Shown here in pieces: positions 8,818-18,514 of a DNA stretch of 64,000 nucleotides. The notes beneath the pieces are model-generated. The model made no database searches. It saw nothing but the letters and a program-made list of their open reading frames with translations, and was not told the DNA's origin. Within the stretch, counting starts at the first letter, position 1. Every line of letters starts with the position of its first letter. The stretch lies in NCBI GenBank assembly GCA_964411275.1, contig CAYPKG010000009.1, positions 1,730 to 65,729 on the forward strand, read 5' to 3'. The translations under genes and the position numbers were made by a program. The DNA is from an uncultured Oscillospiraceae bacterium (GTDB taxonomy: Bacteria > Bacillota > Clostridia > Christensenellales > CAG-138).

Positions 8818-9423
8818 ATGTACCTGATCGTGGGGCTGGGCAATCCCGGCATCGCATACAGAAACTCCCGCCACAACGCGGGCTTTTTGGCGTTGGACGC
8901 CCTGGCCGCCCGGCTGAACGTGTCAATCGACCGGCGCGCGCACAAGGGCAAGCTGGCGGAGCTTTTCTTTGAGGGGGAGAAACTTCTCTTGTGTAAGCCC
9001 CAGACGTATATGAACTTAAGCGGCGAATGCGTGCAGGAAATCATGTCCTATTATAAATTGCCCATGGAAAACCTCATCGTGCTGTATGACGATGTGGATC
9101 TTCCGGTGGGGGAATTGCGCATCCGCGGCGGCGGCACCGGCGGCACCCACAACGGCATGCGCTCCATCATCGCGTGCATGGGCGGCGAAACGGGGTTCCC
9201 CAGGGTGCGCATTGGCGTGGGTAAACAGGAGGTGGGCCGGGATCTGGCGGCACATGTGCTGGGCAAGCCCCCCGTGGAAGAGCGGGAACTCTTAAAAACC
9301 GCCTTTGAAAATGCGGCGGACGCGGCGCAACTCATCATAAAAGGACAACTATCCGAGGCGCAGGCGAAATATAATATAAAAAAGAGAGACAAAGACATTC
9401 CCTCCGAGGAGGAGCAAGGGTGA
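8818..9423 (+). CDS. pth: Peptidyl-tRNA hydrolase
   Basis: MYLIVGLGNPGIAYRNSRHNAGF N-terminus; conserved pth-mfd synteny. Confidence 0.95.
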   Translation: MYLIVGLGNPGIAYRNSRHNAGFLALDALAARLNVSIDRRAHKGKLAELFFEGEKLLLCKPQTYMNLSGECVQEIMSYYKLPMENLIVLYDDVDLPVGELRIRGGGTGGTHNGMRSIIACMGGETGFPRVRIGVGKQEVGRDLAAHVLGKPPVEERELLKTAFENAADAAQLIIKGQLSEAQAKYNIKKRDKDIPSEEEQG

Positions 9424-12400
9424 TCAGCTTATTAGACGCGCTTCGCGATGCGCCGGAGTTTAACCGGCTGCACGAATTGATGGCGGCGGGCCTGGGCCCT
9501 GCGGCGGCATTTGGCCTGCCGGAAGCCCATGCCTCTTTCGTATTCGCCAAATTAAGCGAAAAAATAACCGCATTGTATGTGGCCGCGTCGGAGCAGGCGG
9601 CGGAGCGGGCATACCAACAGGCTGAGGCGCTGTTGGGAGACCGCGCGCTGTTTTTGCCGCTGAGGGAAATTCGGCTGACCCATGCCTACGCCGCGGCAGG
9701 CGGCCGGACAAAGGCCCGCATGACAACCCTCTCCCGGCTGATACTGGAAAAAAACACGCCCCACGCCATCATTGCGTCCGTAGAGACGTTGATGCAGCGG
9801 CTGGCCCCGCCAGAGGTGCTGGGCCGCACGGTGCGGCGGCTGTCTGTGGGCGATGAGCATCCTCCCAGGTTGCTGTTGAGCGGGCTTATGGACGCGGGCT
9901 ATGAAATCGTGGAGCTGGTGGAGGGCCCGGGGCAGGCAGCCCTCAGAGGGGATATTCTCGACCTGTACGCGCCCCATGCCCCAAGGCCATGCCGGATCGA
10001 GTTCTTTGGCGACGAAATCGACCGGATTTCCTATTATGACCCCGCCACCCAGCGCTCTGAAGAGCAGCTTTTAGAAGCGCTTATTACCCCCGCCACCGAA
10101 GCGCCCCAGGACGCGGCGGCCATCGCCAGGGCGCTTTCGTCCATCGGCGGCAGCGCGGACCCGGCAGCCGCCCGGGGCTTTGACGCCCAGCGCATCGCCT
10201 GGGAGGCGGGAAAGGCTTCCCCAGGCGCGGAAGCGCTGTTGCCGGTGCTGTATCCCAACGCGCCCGCGACGCTGTTGTCCTATCTCCCGTCCGACGCCAT
10301 CCTGCTCCTGCAGGAGCCGCCCAGGCTGGAGGACGCGGCCCAGGCCGCCTACCGCTTGTTTGAGCAGGAGGTGACCGCCATGCTGAACCGGGGAGAGGGC
10401 TGTTCTGCCCAGATGGAGCTGCTTCTCCCGCCGGACGCGCTGTTTCGCGCCCTTGATACCCCGCACACCGGGCTGTTGTACACACTCAAGCGCAGCTTTG
10501 GTCGCATCCGCGCCAAGGACAGCGTGGATTTTGACGCGGCCCGCCCCGCCCCGGTGTATCCGCTGGAAGCCGGGCGGGAGGAGCTAGCCAGGGACATCGG
10601 CGCCTGGAAAAAAACCGGAAGCGCCGTCGTGCTGTTCGCAGGCGCCCATGGGGAGCGGCTCAGGCAGGAATTGCTGGATCTCAAATGCGAAACGGCGTTT
10701 GCGCCAAAGCTCATGCGCCCGCCGCAAAAAGGCGAGGCGATCATCATAGGCGAAAGCCTTGTACAGGGGATGTGCTGGCCCAGCCTCCGGCTGGTCATAT
10801 TAAGCGAGGCGGAACTGACCCCGGGTTTGACGGGGGCGCGGGCGCTGAAAAAAACCGCCCGGGGCGCAAGGCCGCAGCTGGTGTTCGCGGACCTGAAGCC
10901 TGGGGATCTTGTGGTGCACGAGGCCCACGGCATCGGCAGGTTTTTAGGGGTTGAGGCGTTGACGGTGCAGGATACTACCCGGGATTATTTGCTGCTGCAG
11001 TATGCGGGGGGCGACAGGCTGTATATCCCCACGGATCAGCTGGACCGGGTGCAGAAATACATCGGCGGCGCTGGAGAGGAGCCGGTGAGCGTTCACCTTT
11101 CCAAATTGGGGGGCAGCGAATGGCAGCGGAAGGTCAGCCGGGCGCGGGGCGCGGTGAAGGCGCTGGCGTTCGATCTCGCGCAGCTGTACGCAAAGCGCGG
11201 ACAGGAGCCGGGCTTTGGGTTCTCTCCCGATTCCCCCTGGCAGCGCCAGCTGGAGGAGCGGTTTCCCTTTGACGAAACGCCGGACCAGCTCAATAGCATC
11301 AACGAAATCAAGGCGGATATGGAACGCCCCCGGCCCATGGACCGGCTGTTGTGCGGAGACGTGGGCTATGGCAAAACGGAGGTAGCGCTGCGGGCGGCGT
11401 TCAAGGCGGCGCAGGACAGCAAGCAGGTTGCGTTCCTGGTGCCCACCACAATCCTCGCCCAGCAGCATTACAATACGCTGTGCGCTAGGTTTGAGGAGTT
11501 TCCGGTGCGCGTCGGGCTTTTGTCCCGGTTTAAAACCCCCCAGGAACAAAAAAAACTGAAGGAAGCCATCAAGGCCGGCCAGGTGGACGTGGTGGTGGGC
11601 ACCCACGCGCTGCTGTCCAAGGACGTAAAATTTAAGGATCTGGGGCTTTTGATCGTAGACGAGGAGCAGCGCTTTGGCGTGGGGCATAAGGAGCAGATCA
11701 AGACCCTGCGCGCCAACATCGACGTGCTGACTTTATCCGCAACGCCCATCCCCCGGACGCTGCACATGTCCATGGTAGGCATCCGGGATATGAGCATCAT
11801 CAGCACCCCGCCGGAGGAACGCTACCCTGTGCAGACCTATGTCCTGGAGTATTCCGACATACTCACGGCGGATGTCATCAATAAGGAGCTGGGCCGGGGC
11901 GGCCAATGCTATGTGGTATACAACAGGGTCGCGCAGATGGAAGGGTTTGCCAAGCGGTTGAGCGGCTTGCTTCCCGCGTCCGCCCGGGTGGGATATGCCA
12001 ACGGGCAGATGCCTGAACGGCAGCTGGAGCAGACGATGCTGGATTTTCTGGAGCATCGTATCGATGTGCTGGTATGCTCCACCATCATTGAAAACGGGCT
12101 GGACATCCCCAATGTGAACACACTCATCGTGATGGACGCGGACAAGATGGGCCTAAGCCAGCTTTACCAGCTGCGGGGGCGGGTTGGCCGGTCCACCCGG
12201 CTGGGGTACGCGTATTTTACGTTTAAGAAGGATAAGGTTTTGACGGAAATCGCCCACAAGCGGCTTCTGACGCTTTCGGAATTCACGCAGTTCGGCGCGG
12301 GCTTCCAGATCGCGCTACGGGATTTGGAAATCCGGGGGGCTGGCAGCCTTTTGGGGGCGCAGCAGCATGGGCATATGGCGGACGTAGGCTATGAATACTA

Positions 12401-12917
12401 TTGCAAGCTCATGGACGAGGCGCTCCGGGAGGCCAAGGGGGAAACCCCGGCGCTGGAGGTGGACACGGTGGTGGATATCCCAGTGGATGCCCATATCCCC
12501 AAGACTTATATCCCAAGCGAGATATTGCGGCTGCAAATGTACAAGCGGATCGCCCTGATCGACGGGCAGGAAGCGCTGCTGGACGTTCAGGATGAGCTCA
12601 CCGACCGGTATGGGGACATCCCCGCGCCAACGCAAACTCTCATGGATGTAGCGCTGGTTAAGGCCCTGTGTGCACAGGCGCATATCAGCTCGCTGACCGT
12701 AGGCAATCGCAGCGCGAAACTGCTGTTCCATCCCGAGGCGCAGATCGACGGGGAGCGGCTGTTCGCCGCCGTGAGCCGGTTTGGGTTAAAGGTGGCCCCT
12801 GGGCCGGAGCAGGTATCTTTGACCTATACCCTGGCGAAGGCGGACGCGGCGATGATACTGTCCCAATTGCCCGGGCTGCTGATGGAGATCGGGGCCTGCG
12901 TACTGCAAGAAGAATAG
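9420..12917 (+). CDS. mfd: Transcription-repair coupling factor
   Basis: 1165 aa; Walker A DVGYGKTEVALRAAF and DEEQ box LLIVDEEQRFG. The GTG start overlaps the pth stop (GTGA). Confidence 0.95.
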   Translation: MISLLDALRDAPEFNRLHELMAAGLGPAAAFGLPEAHASFVFAKLSEKITALYVAASEQAAERAYQQAEALLGDRALFLPLREIRLTHAYAAAGGRTKARMTTLSRLILEKNTPHAIIASVETLMQRLAPPEVLGRTVRRLSVGDEHPPRLLLSGLMDAGYEIVELVEGPGQAALRGDILDLYAPHAPRPCRIEFFGDEIDRISYYDPATQRSEEQLLEALITPATEAPQDAAAIARALSSIGGSADPAAARGFDAQRIAWEAGKASPGAEALLPVLYPNAPATLLSYLPSDAILLLQEPPRLEDAAQAAYRLFEQEVTAMLNRGEGCSAQMELLLPPDALFRALDTPHTGLLYTLKRSFGRIRAKDSVDFDAARPAPVYPLEAGREELARDIGAWKKTGSAVVLFAGAHGERLRQELLDLKCETAFAPKLMRPPQKGEAIIIGESLVQGMCWPSLRLVILSEAELTPGLTGARALKKTARGARPQLVFADLKPGDLVVHEAHGIGRFLGVEALTVQDTTRDYLLLQYAGGDRLYIPTDQLDRVQKYIGGAGEEPVSVHLSKLGGSEWQRKVSRARGAVKALAFDLAQLYAKRGQEPGFGFSPDSPWQRQLEERFPFDETPDQLNSINEIKADMERPRPMDRLLCGDVGYGKTEVALRAAFKAAQDSKQVAFLVPTTILAQQHYNTLCARFEEFPVRVGLLSRFKTPQEQKKLKEAIKAGQVDVVVGTHALLSKDVKFKDLGLLIVDEEQRFGVGHKEQIKTLRANIDVLTLSATPIPRTLHMSMVGIRDMSIISTPPEERYPVQTYVLEYSDILTADVINKELGRGGQCYVVYNRVAQMEGFAKRLSGLLPASARVGYANGQMPERQLEQTMLDFLEHRIDVLVCSTIIENGLDIPNVNTLIVMDADKMGLSQLYQLRGRVGRSTRLGYAYFTFKKDKVLTEIAHKRLLTLSEFTQFGAGFQIALRDLEIRGAGSLLGAQQHGHMADVGYEYYCKLMDEALREAKGETPALEVDTVVDIPVDAHIPKTYIPSEILRLQMYKRIALIDGQEALLDVQDELTDRYGDIPAPTQTLMDVALVKALCAQAHISSLTVGNRSAKLLFHPEAQIDGERLFAAVSRFGLKVAPGPEQVSLTYTLAKADAAMILSQLPGLLMEIGACVLQEE

Positions 12918-12926
12918 GAGGGCATC

Positions 12927-13211
12927 ATGGAGCGGGGACAAACACTGATATCCGGGTTTTTTCAGCATACGGCCTGCCCCTTTTTCCCTTGCCATAATGT
13001 TGAAAACCCGGCTCAATTCAACTGTCTGTTCTGCTATTGCCCGCTGTACGCCCTGGGGCCGGACTGCGGAGGCGACCTAACATACACCGAAGGCGGCGCC
13101 AAGGACTGCTCCAACTGCCTTTTGCCCCACCGGCGGGACAGCCTAAAGTATATTGAGAAAAGGCTGCCGCTGATCATGAAGCTGGCGGGCAAACCGCCAA
13201 CAAAAGAATAG
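12927..13211 (+). CDS. Cysteine-rich small domain protein (putative metal-binding)
   Basis: 94 aa with about 10 Cys in CPFFPCH...CLFCYCPLY...DCSNC spacing, typical of the cysteine-rich small domain family. Confidence 0.65.
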   Translation: MERGQTLISGFFQHTACPFFPCHNVENPAQFNCLFCYCPLYALGPDCGGDLTYTEGGAKDCSNCLLPHRRDSLKYIEKRLPLIMKLAGKPPTKE

Positions 13212-13230
13212 ACCGCGGCGTTCTTTCTCA

Positions 13231-15051
13231 TTATCCCTCTTTGGAGGATTTTTTCATGCGCATTTCCTTGTTCAATACGCTTTTGCGCATCCGAATGTTT
13301 TGCGGCGTGACTTCCACCAGCTCGTCCTCGGCGATAAACTCCAGGCATTGCTCCAGCGTCAGGACGGTATAGGGCGTCAGGCGCAGCGCGTCGTCCGAAC
13401 CGGAGGCCCGGATGTTGGTCACGTGCTTCTTCTTGCAGACGTTCACCACGATGTCGTCGGTCTTGGCGTTTTCGCCCACCACCTGCCCTGCGTATACCTG
13501 CACCCCCGGCCCTATAAACAATCTGCCCCGCTCCTGGGTGTTGTACAGGCCGTATGCGGTGGTTTCCCCTGTCTCGTGGGCCACAAGGCTGCCACGGGAG
13601 CGCTCTTCGATCTCCCCCTTATAGGCCTCATACCCATGGAATATATGGCTCATGACGCCGTTGCCCCGGGTATCCGTCAACAGCTCGTTGCGGTAGCCCA
13701 TCAGCCCCCGGGCTGGGATTAAAAACATCAGCCTGGAGCCTTCTTCTCCCACTTGCATGTCCATCAGCTCCGCCTTGCGGGACCCCAGCTTCTCCATGAC
13801 CGCACCCACGTACTCCTGGGGCACGTCCACGGTCAGTTCCTCAACAGGCTCCAGCGTCTTGCCGTTTTTGTCCTGCTTGAATATGACCTTGGGCCGGCTG
13901 ACCGCGAATTCATATCCCTGGCGGCGCATTGTTTCAATGAGAATGGACAGGTGCAGTTCGCCCCGGCCGCTGACCTTAAATGTGTCGGTAGAAGCGGTTT
14001 CCTCCACCCGCATGGAAATATTGGTCTGCACCTCTTTCATCAGCCGTTCCCGGAGGTTTCGGGAGGTCACATACTTTCCTTCCCGCCCGGCAAAGGGGCT
14101 GTCGTTGACGAGAAAGTTCATAGACACCGTGGGCTCGTCAATATGCACAAAGGGCAAGGGCTCGATATGCCCGGGCTCGCAGGCGGTCTGCCCTAAGCTT
14201 AGGCCTTCCACGCCCGCCACGGCCACGATGTCGCCGATGGTGGCGGTTTCCACCTCCACCCGCCGCAGCCCCTCAAACCGGTACAGCCTTGTGAGCTTGA
14301 CATGAATTTCATGCCCGTCAGGGCCGCCGCACAGCGTTACCGGCATATTTCTCACCGCGGTACCCCGCACAACCCGGCCTATGCCAATCCGCCCTACATA
14401 ATCGTCATAATCGATTGTGGAAAATAAAATCTGCAGCGGCGCGCCGCTGTCGCCCTCCGGCGCGGGGATCGTGCTGAGGATCGTTTCAAACAGCGGCTGC
14501 ATGTCCGTGCCGAGGGCATCCGGGTTCAACCCCGCATACCCGTCCCTGGCGGAAGCGTATACCACCGGGAAATCCAGCTGCTCCGCCGACGCGCCAAGGT
14601 CCATAAACAGCTCAAGGGTTTCATCCACCACCTCCAGCGGCCGCGCGCCGGGGCGGTCTACCTTGTTGACCACCACGATGGGGATTTTGTTAAGCTCCAG
14701 CGCCTTGCGCAGCACAAACCGGGTCTGGGGCATGCAGCCCTCAAACGCGTCCACCAGCAGCAGTACGCCGTCCACCAGCTGCAGGATGCGCTCCACCTCG
14801 CCGCCAAAGTCCGCGTGGCCCGGCGTGTCCACAATATTGATGCGGTTGCCCCGGTATTCCACCGCCGTGTTTTTGGACAGTATGGTAATGCCCCGCTCCC
14901 GCTCCAGGTCGCTGCTGTCCATAACCCGTTCCTGTACCTGCTCGTGGGCGCGGAACACACCGCTTTGCCTTAAAAGCTGGTCAACCAGCGTGGTCTTTCC
15001 GTGGTCGACATGGGCGATGATCGCCACATTGCGAATGTTTTCGTTTCTCAC
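13231..15051 (-). CDS. typA: Translational GTPase TypA/BipA
   Basis: 606 aa; G1 AIIAHVDHGKTTLVD, DTPGHADF, NKVD. GTG start. Confidence 0.95.
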   Translation of the reverse strand: MRNENIRNVAIIAHVDHGKTTLVDQLLRQSGVFRAHEQVQERVMDSSDLERERGITILSKNTAVEYRGNRINIVDTPGHADFGGEVERILQLVDGVLLLVDAFEGCMPQTRFVLRKALELNKIPIVVVNKVDRPGARPLEVVDETLELFMDLGASAEQLDFPVVYASARDGYAGLNPDALGTDMQPLFETILSTIPAPEGDSGAPLQILFSTIDYDDYVGRIGIGRVVRGTAVRNMPVTLCGGPDGHEIHVKLTRLYRFEGLRRVEVETATIGDIVAVAGVEGLSLGQTACEPGHIEPLPFVHIDEPTVSMNFLVNDSPFAGREGKYVTSRNLRERLMKEVQTNISMRVEETASTDTFKVSGRGELHLSILIETMRRQGYEFAVSRPKVIFKQDKNGKTLEPVEELTVDVPQEYVGAVMEKLGSRKAELMDMQVGEEGSRLMFLIPARGLMGYRNELLTDTRGNGVMSHIFHGYEAYKGEIEERSRGSLVAHETGETTAYGLYNTQERGRLFIGPGVQVYAGQVVGENAKTDDIVVNVCKKKHVTNIRASGSDDALRLTPYTVLTLEQCLEFIAEDELVEVTPQNIRMRKSVLNKEMRMKKSSKEG

Positions 15052-15305
15052 GTTTGTTCCTCTTCCCTGTGTATCTCAACTATAAAATTAACCTTTTCAT
15101 GCCCTCCATGTCCAGCAGGGCATACGCATTCTAAAACAGCACATAACAAGTTATTATAAAACGATTTGCGCTTAATTACAAGGGCGCATACCCGAATTCT
15201 GCCGATTTTTACCTCCGCCCACACCCTGAAAATATACTGGGCATGCCGTTGCAATCGGGGGCGCTTGTGGTATACTGAAAAAAATACGAAGGCAGGAGGA
15301 TATCC

Positions 15306-16010
15306 TTGTTTCAATCAAAGCCAGTGCGTATACTGCTGTTTGTGGCCATTGCCGCCCTGTTCCTGTGCGGCATAATCATCACAATACGGCAAAACGTCCT
15401 TCTTCCCGGGCCCTACGATCCGCCCACCCCCGAACCGGCAACGCCGGCCCCCGCTACACCCACAGCCGGTTCCTCGCCTTCCGCCACGCCCACAGCCGGT
15501 TCCTCGCCTGCCCCCACGCCCACCATCCCGCCCACTCTCGCGCCGCTTGTGGACCTGGAGGACCCGGTTAAAATCTATTTCAACGATGCGGACCCTCAGG
15601 TCGCGTGTGAAATAAGGCCGGTGGGTATCACGCCGGAAGGCGCCATGGGCGCCATATCCTCCGCCACGATCGCAGGCTGGTACAAGGACGGCGTTTCCCC
15701 CGGCGAGGCAGGCAACGCGCTCATCGACGGGCATGTGCGATGGAAGGGAAAGACCGGGACTTTTTCCATCCTCAAGGATATGGTGCCAGGAGACGAGGTT
15801 GCTATCGAATATGCGGATGGAACATTTCAGTATTTTGAGACCGTCAGCGTGGACATCTATCTCCTCGAAGAAGTGCCCCCAGAGGTGATGGAGTTGGATT
15901 TCGGCGGGGAACCCCGCATCACGCTGATCAGCTGCCTGGGCGATTACGACCGGTCGCTGGGAACTTCCCGTTCCCGGGTGATTGTGGTTTGCCGTAGAAA
16001 GAATGTATGA
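15306..16010 (+). CDS. Sortase family transpeptidase (class F-like) with N-terminal TM anchor and Pro/Thr/Ala-rich linker
   Basis: IDGHV catalytic His, TLISC catalytic Cys, RSRVIVV Arg. TTG start 6 nt after GGAGGA. Confidence 0.8.
   Translation: MFQSKPVRILLFVAIAALFLCGIIITIRQNVLLPGPYDPPTPEPATPAPATPTAGSSPSATPTAGSSPAPTPTIPPTLAPLVDLEDPVKIYFNDADPQVACEIRPVGITPEGAMGAISSATIAGWYKDGVSPGEAGNALIDGHVRWKGKTGTFSILKDMVPGDEVAIEYADGTFQYFETVSVDIYLLEEVPPEVMELDFGGEPRITLISCLGDYDRSLGTSRSRVIVVCRRKNV
15466..15525 (+). repeat. 30-nt tandem duplication inside the sortase linker
   Basis: CCCACAGCCGGTTCCTCGCCT recurs with 30-nt period (15469 and 15499), encoding TPTAGSSPSA/TPTAGSSPAP. Confidence 0.85.
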
Positions 16011-16057
16011 TGGTTTCCATAAAAATATCAATAAATTGCTATGAGGAGGCATAACCC

Positions 16058-16621
16058 ATGACCAGAGATCAGGCATTGGTTTTATTGCAAAAGTACAACG
16101 ACAGCGAACACCTCATCAAGCACGCGCTGACCGTGGAAGCGGTTCTGCGCGAGTTTGCCCGTATGGGCGGCGAGGACGAGGAATATTGGGGCAATGTCGG
16201 CCTGCTCCACGACATCGACTACGAACGGTGGCCGGACGAGCATTGCAAGAAGGCAGCCGGCATTCTCAGGGAAGAGGGCGTGCCCGAGGACATCATTCAC
16301 GCCGTGGTCAGCCATGGCTACGGCATTTGTTCCGACGTAAAGCCGGAACGGTATATGGAAAAGGTGCTGTACGCAATCGACGAGCTTTCCGGGCTGATCA
16401 CCGCAAGCGTTCTGATGCGCCCGTCCCGTTCGGTGCTGGATCTAGAGGTCAAAAGCGTCAAGAAAAAGTTTAAGGATAAGGGCTTTGCGGCCAAAATCGA
16501 CAGGGAGATTATACTAAGAGGCTGTGAAATGATGGACATGCCCCTTGATGAGGTCATCGCCCACAGCATCGCGGGCATGCGTGCTGCCGCCGACGAGCTT
16601 GACCTGAAAGGCACCCTGTAA
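16058..16621 (+). CDS. HD/HDIG-domain metal-dependent phosphohydrolase
   Basis: 187 aa; H...HD motif (HALTVEAV...LLHDIDYE). Confidence 0.8.
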   Translation: MTRDQALVLLQKYNDSEHLIKHALTVEAVLREFARMGGEDEEYWGNVGLLHDIDYERWPDEHCKKAAGILREEGVPEDIIHAVVSHGYGICSDVKPERYMEKVLYAIDELSGLITASVLMRPSRSVLDLEVKSVKKKFKDKGFAAKIDREIILRGCEMMDMPLDEVIAHSIAGMRAAADELDLKGTL

Positions 16622-16700
16622 TTATCATTGAAAAATGGCATATATCCCAATATTTCGTAGTATGAATCAAAAATAGACACAGCATATTGTGGTTTTCGCA

Positions 16701-16740
16701 TAACGAAGAAAGTTGTTTTAACACTTTCTTCGTTATTTTA
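16701..16740 (+). terminator. Rho-independent terminator of the HD-domain gene
   Basis: TAACGAAGAAAGT/ACTTTCTTCGTTA 13-bp stem followed by TTTT. Confidence 0.75.
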
Positions 16741-16768
16741 CCAAATTGTAGCAAAGGATTCCTCGACC

Positions 16769-16775
16769 TTCGACA
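16769..16775 (-). promoter_or_regulatory. Consensus 0A box (TGTCGAA) upstream of the spo0A promoter
   Basis: TTCGACA on + is TGTCGAA on -, 27 nt upstream of the predicted -35. Confidence 0.4.
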
Positions 16776-16801
16776 TCTTCCGGTGTTTTATACCCCTTTC
16801 G

Positions 16802-16830
16802 TTGATAGTTAGATCATGTTACACTATAGT
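16802..16830 (+). promoter_or_regulatory. sigma-A-type promoter for spo0A
   Basis: TTGATA-17 nt-TATAGT, about 100 nt upstream of the spo0A ATG. Confidence 0.45.
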
Positions 16831-16930
16831 CACGAAAATAATAATTCATATAATTCAACAAATATCACACTTTACATACTTTGCATGGCACGCATTAAAA
16901 AAAGAATATGTTGGAGGGGAAGAAAGTATT

Positions 16931-17716
16931 ATGTCAAAACTCAGGGTATTGGTCGTCGATGACAATGTGCAGTACTTGTCAAATGTCCGCAGCTACTTTA
17001 GCGCGCAAGACCGGGTAACACAGGTGGATGTGGCCACCAACGGCCGCGAAGCGTTGGACAAGCTTCGTTCCAACCGCTATGACGCGATGCTGCTGGGGAT
17101 CATCCTTCCCCAGATGGATGGCTTTGGCGTGTTGGAGCATTTGAATGCGGCAGGCGGGGAAATGCCGGCAGTCATCATGGTTTCAGCGCTTCGCAACGAG
17201 CGGATGGTACGGCAGGCCTGCGCGCTGGGCGCACGGTATTTCATGGTGAAGCCTGTTGAACCGGACATGCTGTACCGCAGGATGATTGAAATGCTGGCTG
17301 TACCGGAGGAGGGCGGCAATCGCGTGGCGGCCACCATGGCACAACCGCCCCGGTCGCTGGATGAAAAGATCACTTCCGTATTTTTAGTGGCTGGCATTCC
17401 TGCGCACATCAAAGGCTATCATTATCTAAGAGAGGGCATCCGCATGGTATATTTTAAGCCCAATCTCATCAACCGGATTACAAAGGAATTGTACCCCGGC
17501 GTCGCGGAAAAATTCAACACCTCTGCCAGCAAGGTGGAGCGGGCAATCCGCCATGCCATCGAGGTTGCATGGAGCAGAGGGCGAATAGAAAATATCAATC
17601 AGCTGTTTGGATTTAACATCTACTCGAAAAACGACAAGCCCACCAACGGCGAATTCATTGCCCTGGTGGCGGACAAGCTGCTGATGGAGCGCCCGCCGGA
17701 AAAAGAAGTGAGCTAG
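16931..17716 (+). CDS. spo0A: Sporulation master regulator Spo0A orthologue (receiver domain with Gly at the phospho-acceptor position)
   Basis: C-terminal domain is nearly identical in its motifs to B. subtilis Spo0A ([54 protein letters not shown]). GGAGGGGA RBS before the ATG at 16931. The receiver has D10, D11, S85 and K107 but G56. Confidence 0.92.
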   Translation: MSKLRVLVVDDNVQYLSNVRSYFSAQDRVTQVDVATNGREALDKLRSNRYDAMLLGIILPQMDGFGVLEHLNAAGGEMPAVIMVSALRNERMVRQACALGARYFMVKPVEPDMLYRRMIEMLAVPEEGGNRVAATMAQPPRSLDEKITSVFLVAGIPAHIKGYHYLREGIRMVYFKPNLINRITKELYPGVAEKFNTSASKVERAIRHAIEVAWSRGRIENINQLFGFNIYSKNDKPTNGEFIALVADKLLMERPPEKEVS

Positions 17717-17809
17717 TTTCATGGCGGCAATAGGTCTCATTTTGTCACATGTTCAATTAGCAAGCAGTGCGGCCGTTCTGCGCGGCCGCTTCCTGCTGAA
17801 GCCATATGA

Positions 17810-18514
17810 TTATCTCCTGCGGCTCCTGTTTGCGATGTTCAGCAACCTCAGCAGGGTAACAAGGCTGGAGAGCGCTGCCACCACATACGTAAACGCTGCC
17901 GCCCGCAGCACTTTTTTTGCCTGTGGAATTTCATCGTAGGTGAGATACCCTCCGTTGGTAAGCAATTCTATGGCCCGGTGGGAGGCATTAAACTCCACCG
18001 GCAAAGTCACCACCTGGAAGAGCAGCATGGCGCCAAAGAGGACAACGCCGATTATGGCCAGGTCAAAGCTGCCCATCATCAGCCCGATGATCACGATAAA
18101 AGGCGCCGCCTGGGAACCGAAGTTGGCCACCGGCAAAACGGCGTTGCGCAGCCGGATGGGAAAATATCCCTCCTGATACTGCAACACATGCCCTATCTCG
18201 TGAGAGGCCACCGCCAGTGCCGCCACGGACGTTTCGTTGTAGACGGACTCGCTCAACCCCACCACATTTGTTTTCGGGTTGTAATGGTCCGTAAGTCTGC
18301 CCTTGACCTGTGTAATGCCTGTATCGCTTCCTGCGTCGCGTAAAAAGCTTTCCGCCGCCCGAGATGCGGGCACACCGATCTGGGCCTCTACCCGGGCGTA
18401 TTTTTTGAATATGCTGTTCACCCGGGATTGCGCGATCAGGCTCAAGACAAGCACCGCGATCAGCGCAAGCCACAGTCCGTCCTCGTAACCGGCGAAATAG
18501 TAATTATAGAACAC
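17810..18514 (-). CDS. YugP-type zinc metallopeptidase (membrane)
   Basis: HEIGHVLQ zinc motif with TM segments at both ends. GTG start at 18514 preceded by AAGGAGAGAG; the longer ORF lacks an RBS. Confidence 0.8.
   Translation of the reverse strand: MFYNYYFAGYEDGLWLALIAVLVLSLIAQSRVNSIFKKYARVEAQIGVPASRAAESFLRDAGSDTGITQVKGRLTDHYNPKTNVVGLSESVYNETSVAALAVASHEIGHVLQYQEGYFPIRLRNAVLPVANFGSQAAPFIVIIGLMMGSFDLAIIGVVLFGAMLLFQVVTLPVEFNASHRAIELLTNGGYLTYDEIPQAKKVLRAAAFTYVVAALSSLVTLLRLLNIANRSRRR

Noticed and set aside
16802-16930. 43-codon extension upstream of spo0A
   Set aside because: The region is AT-rich and contains the predicted promoter. A strong GGAGGGGA RBS precedes the ATG at 16931, and with that start the numbering matches B. 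subtilis Spo0A exactly.
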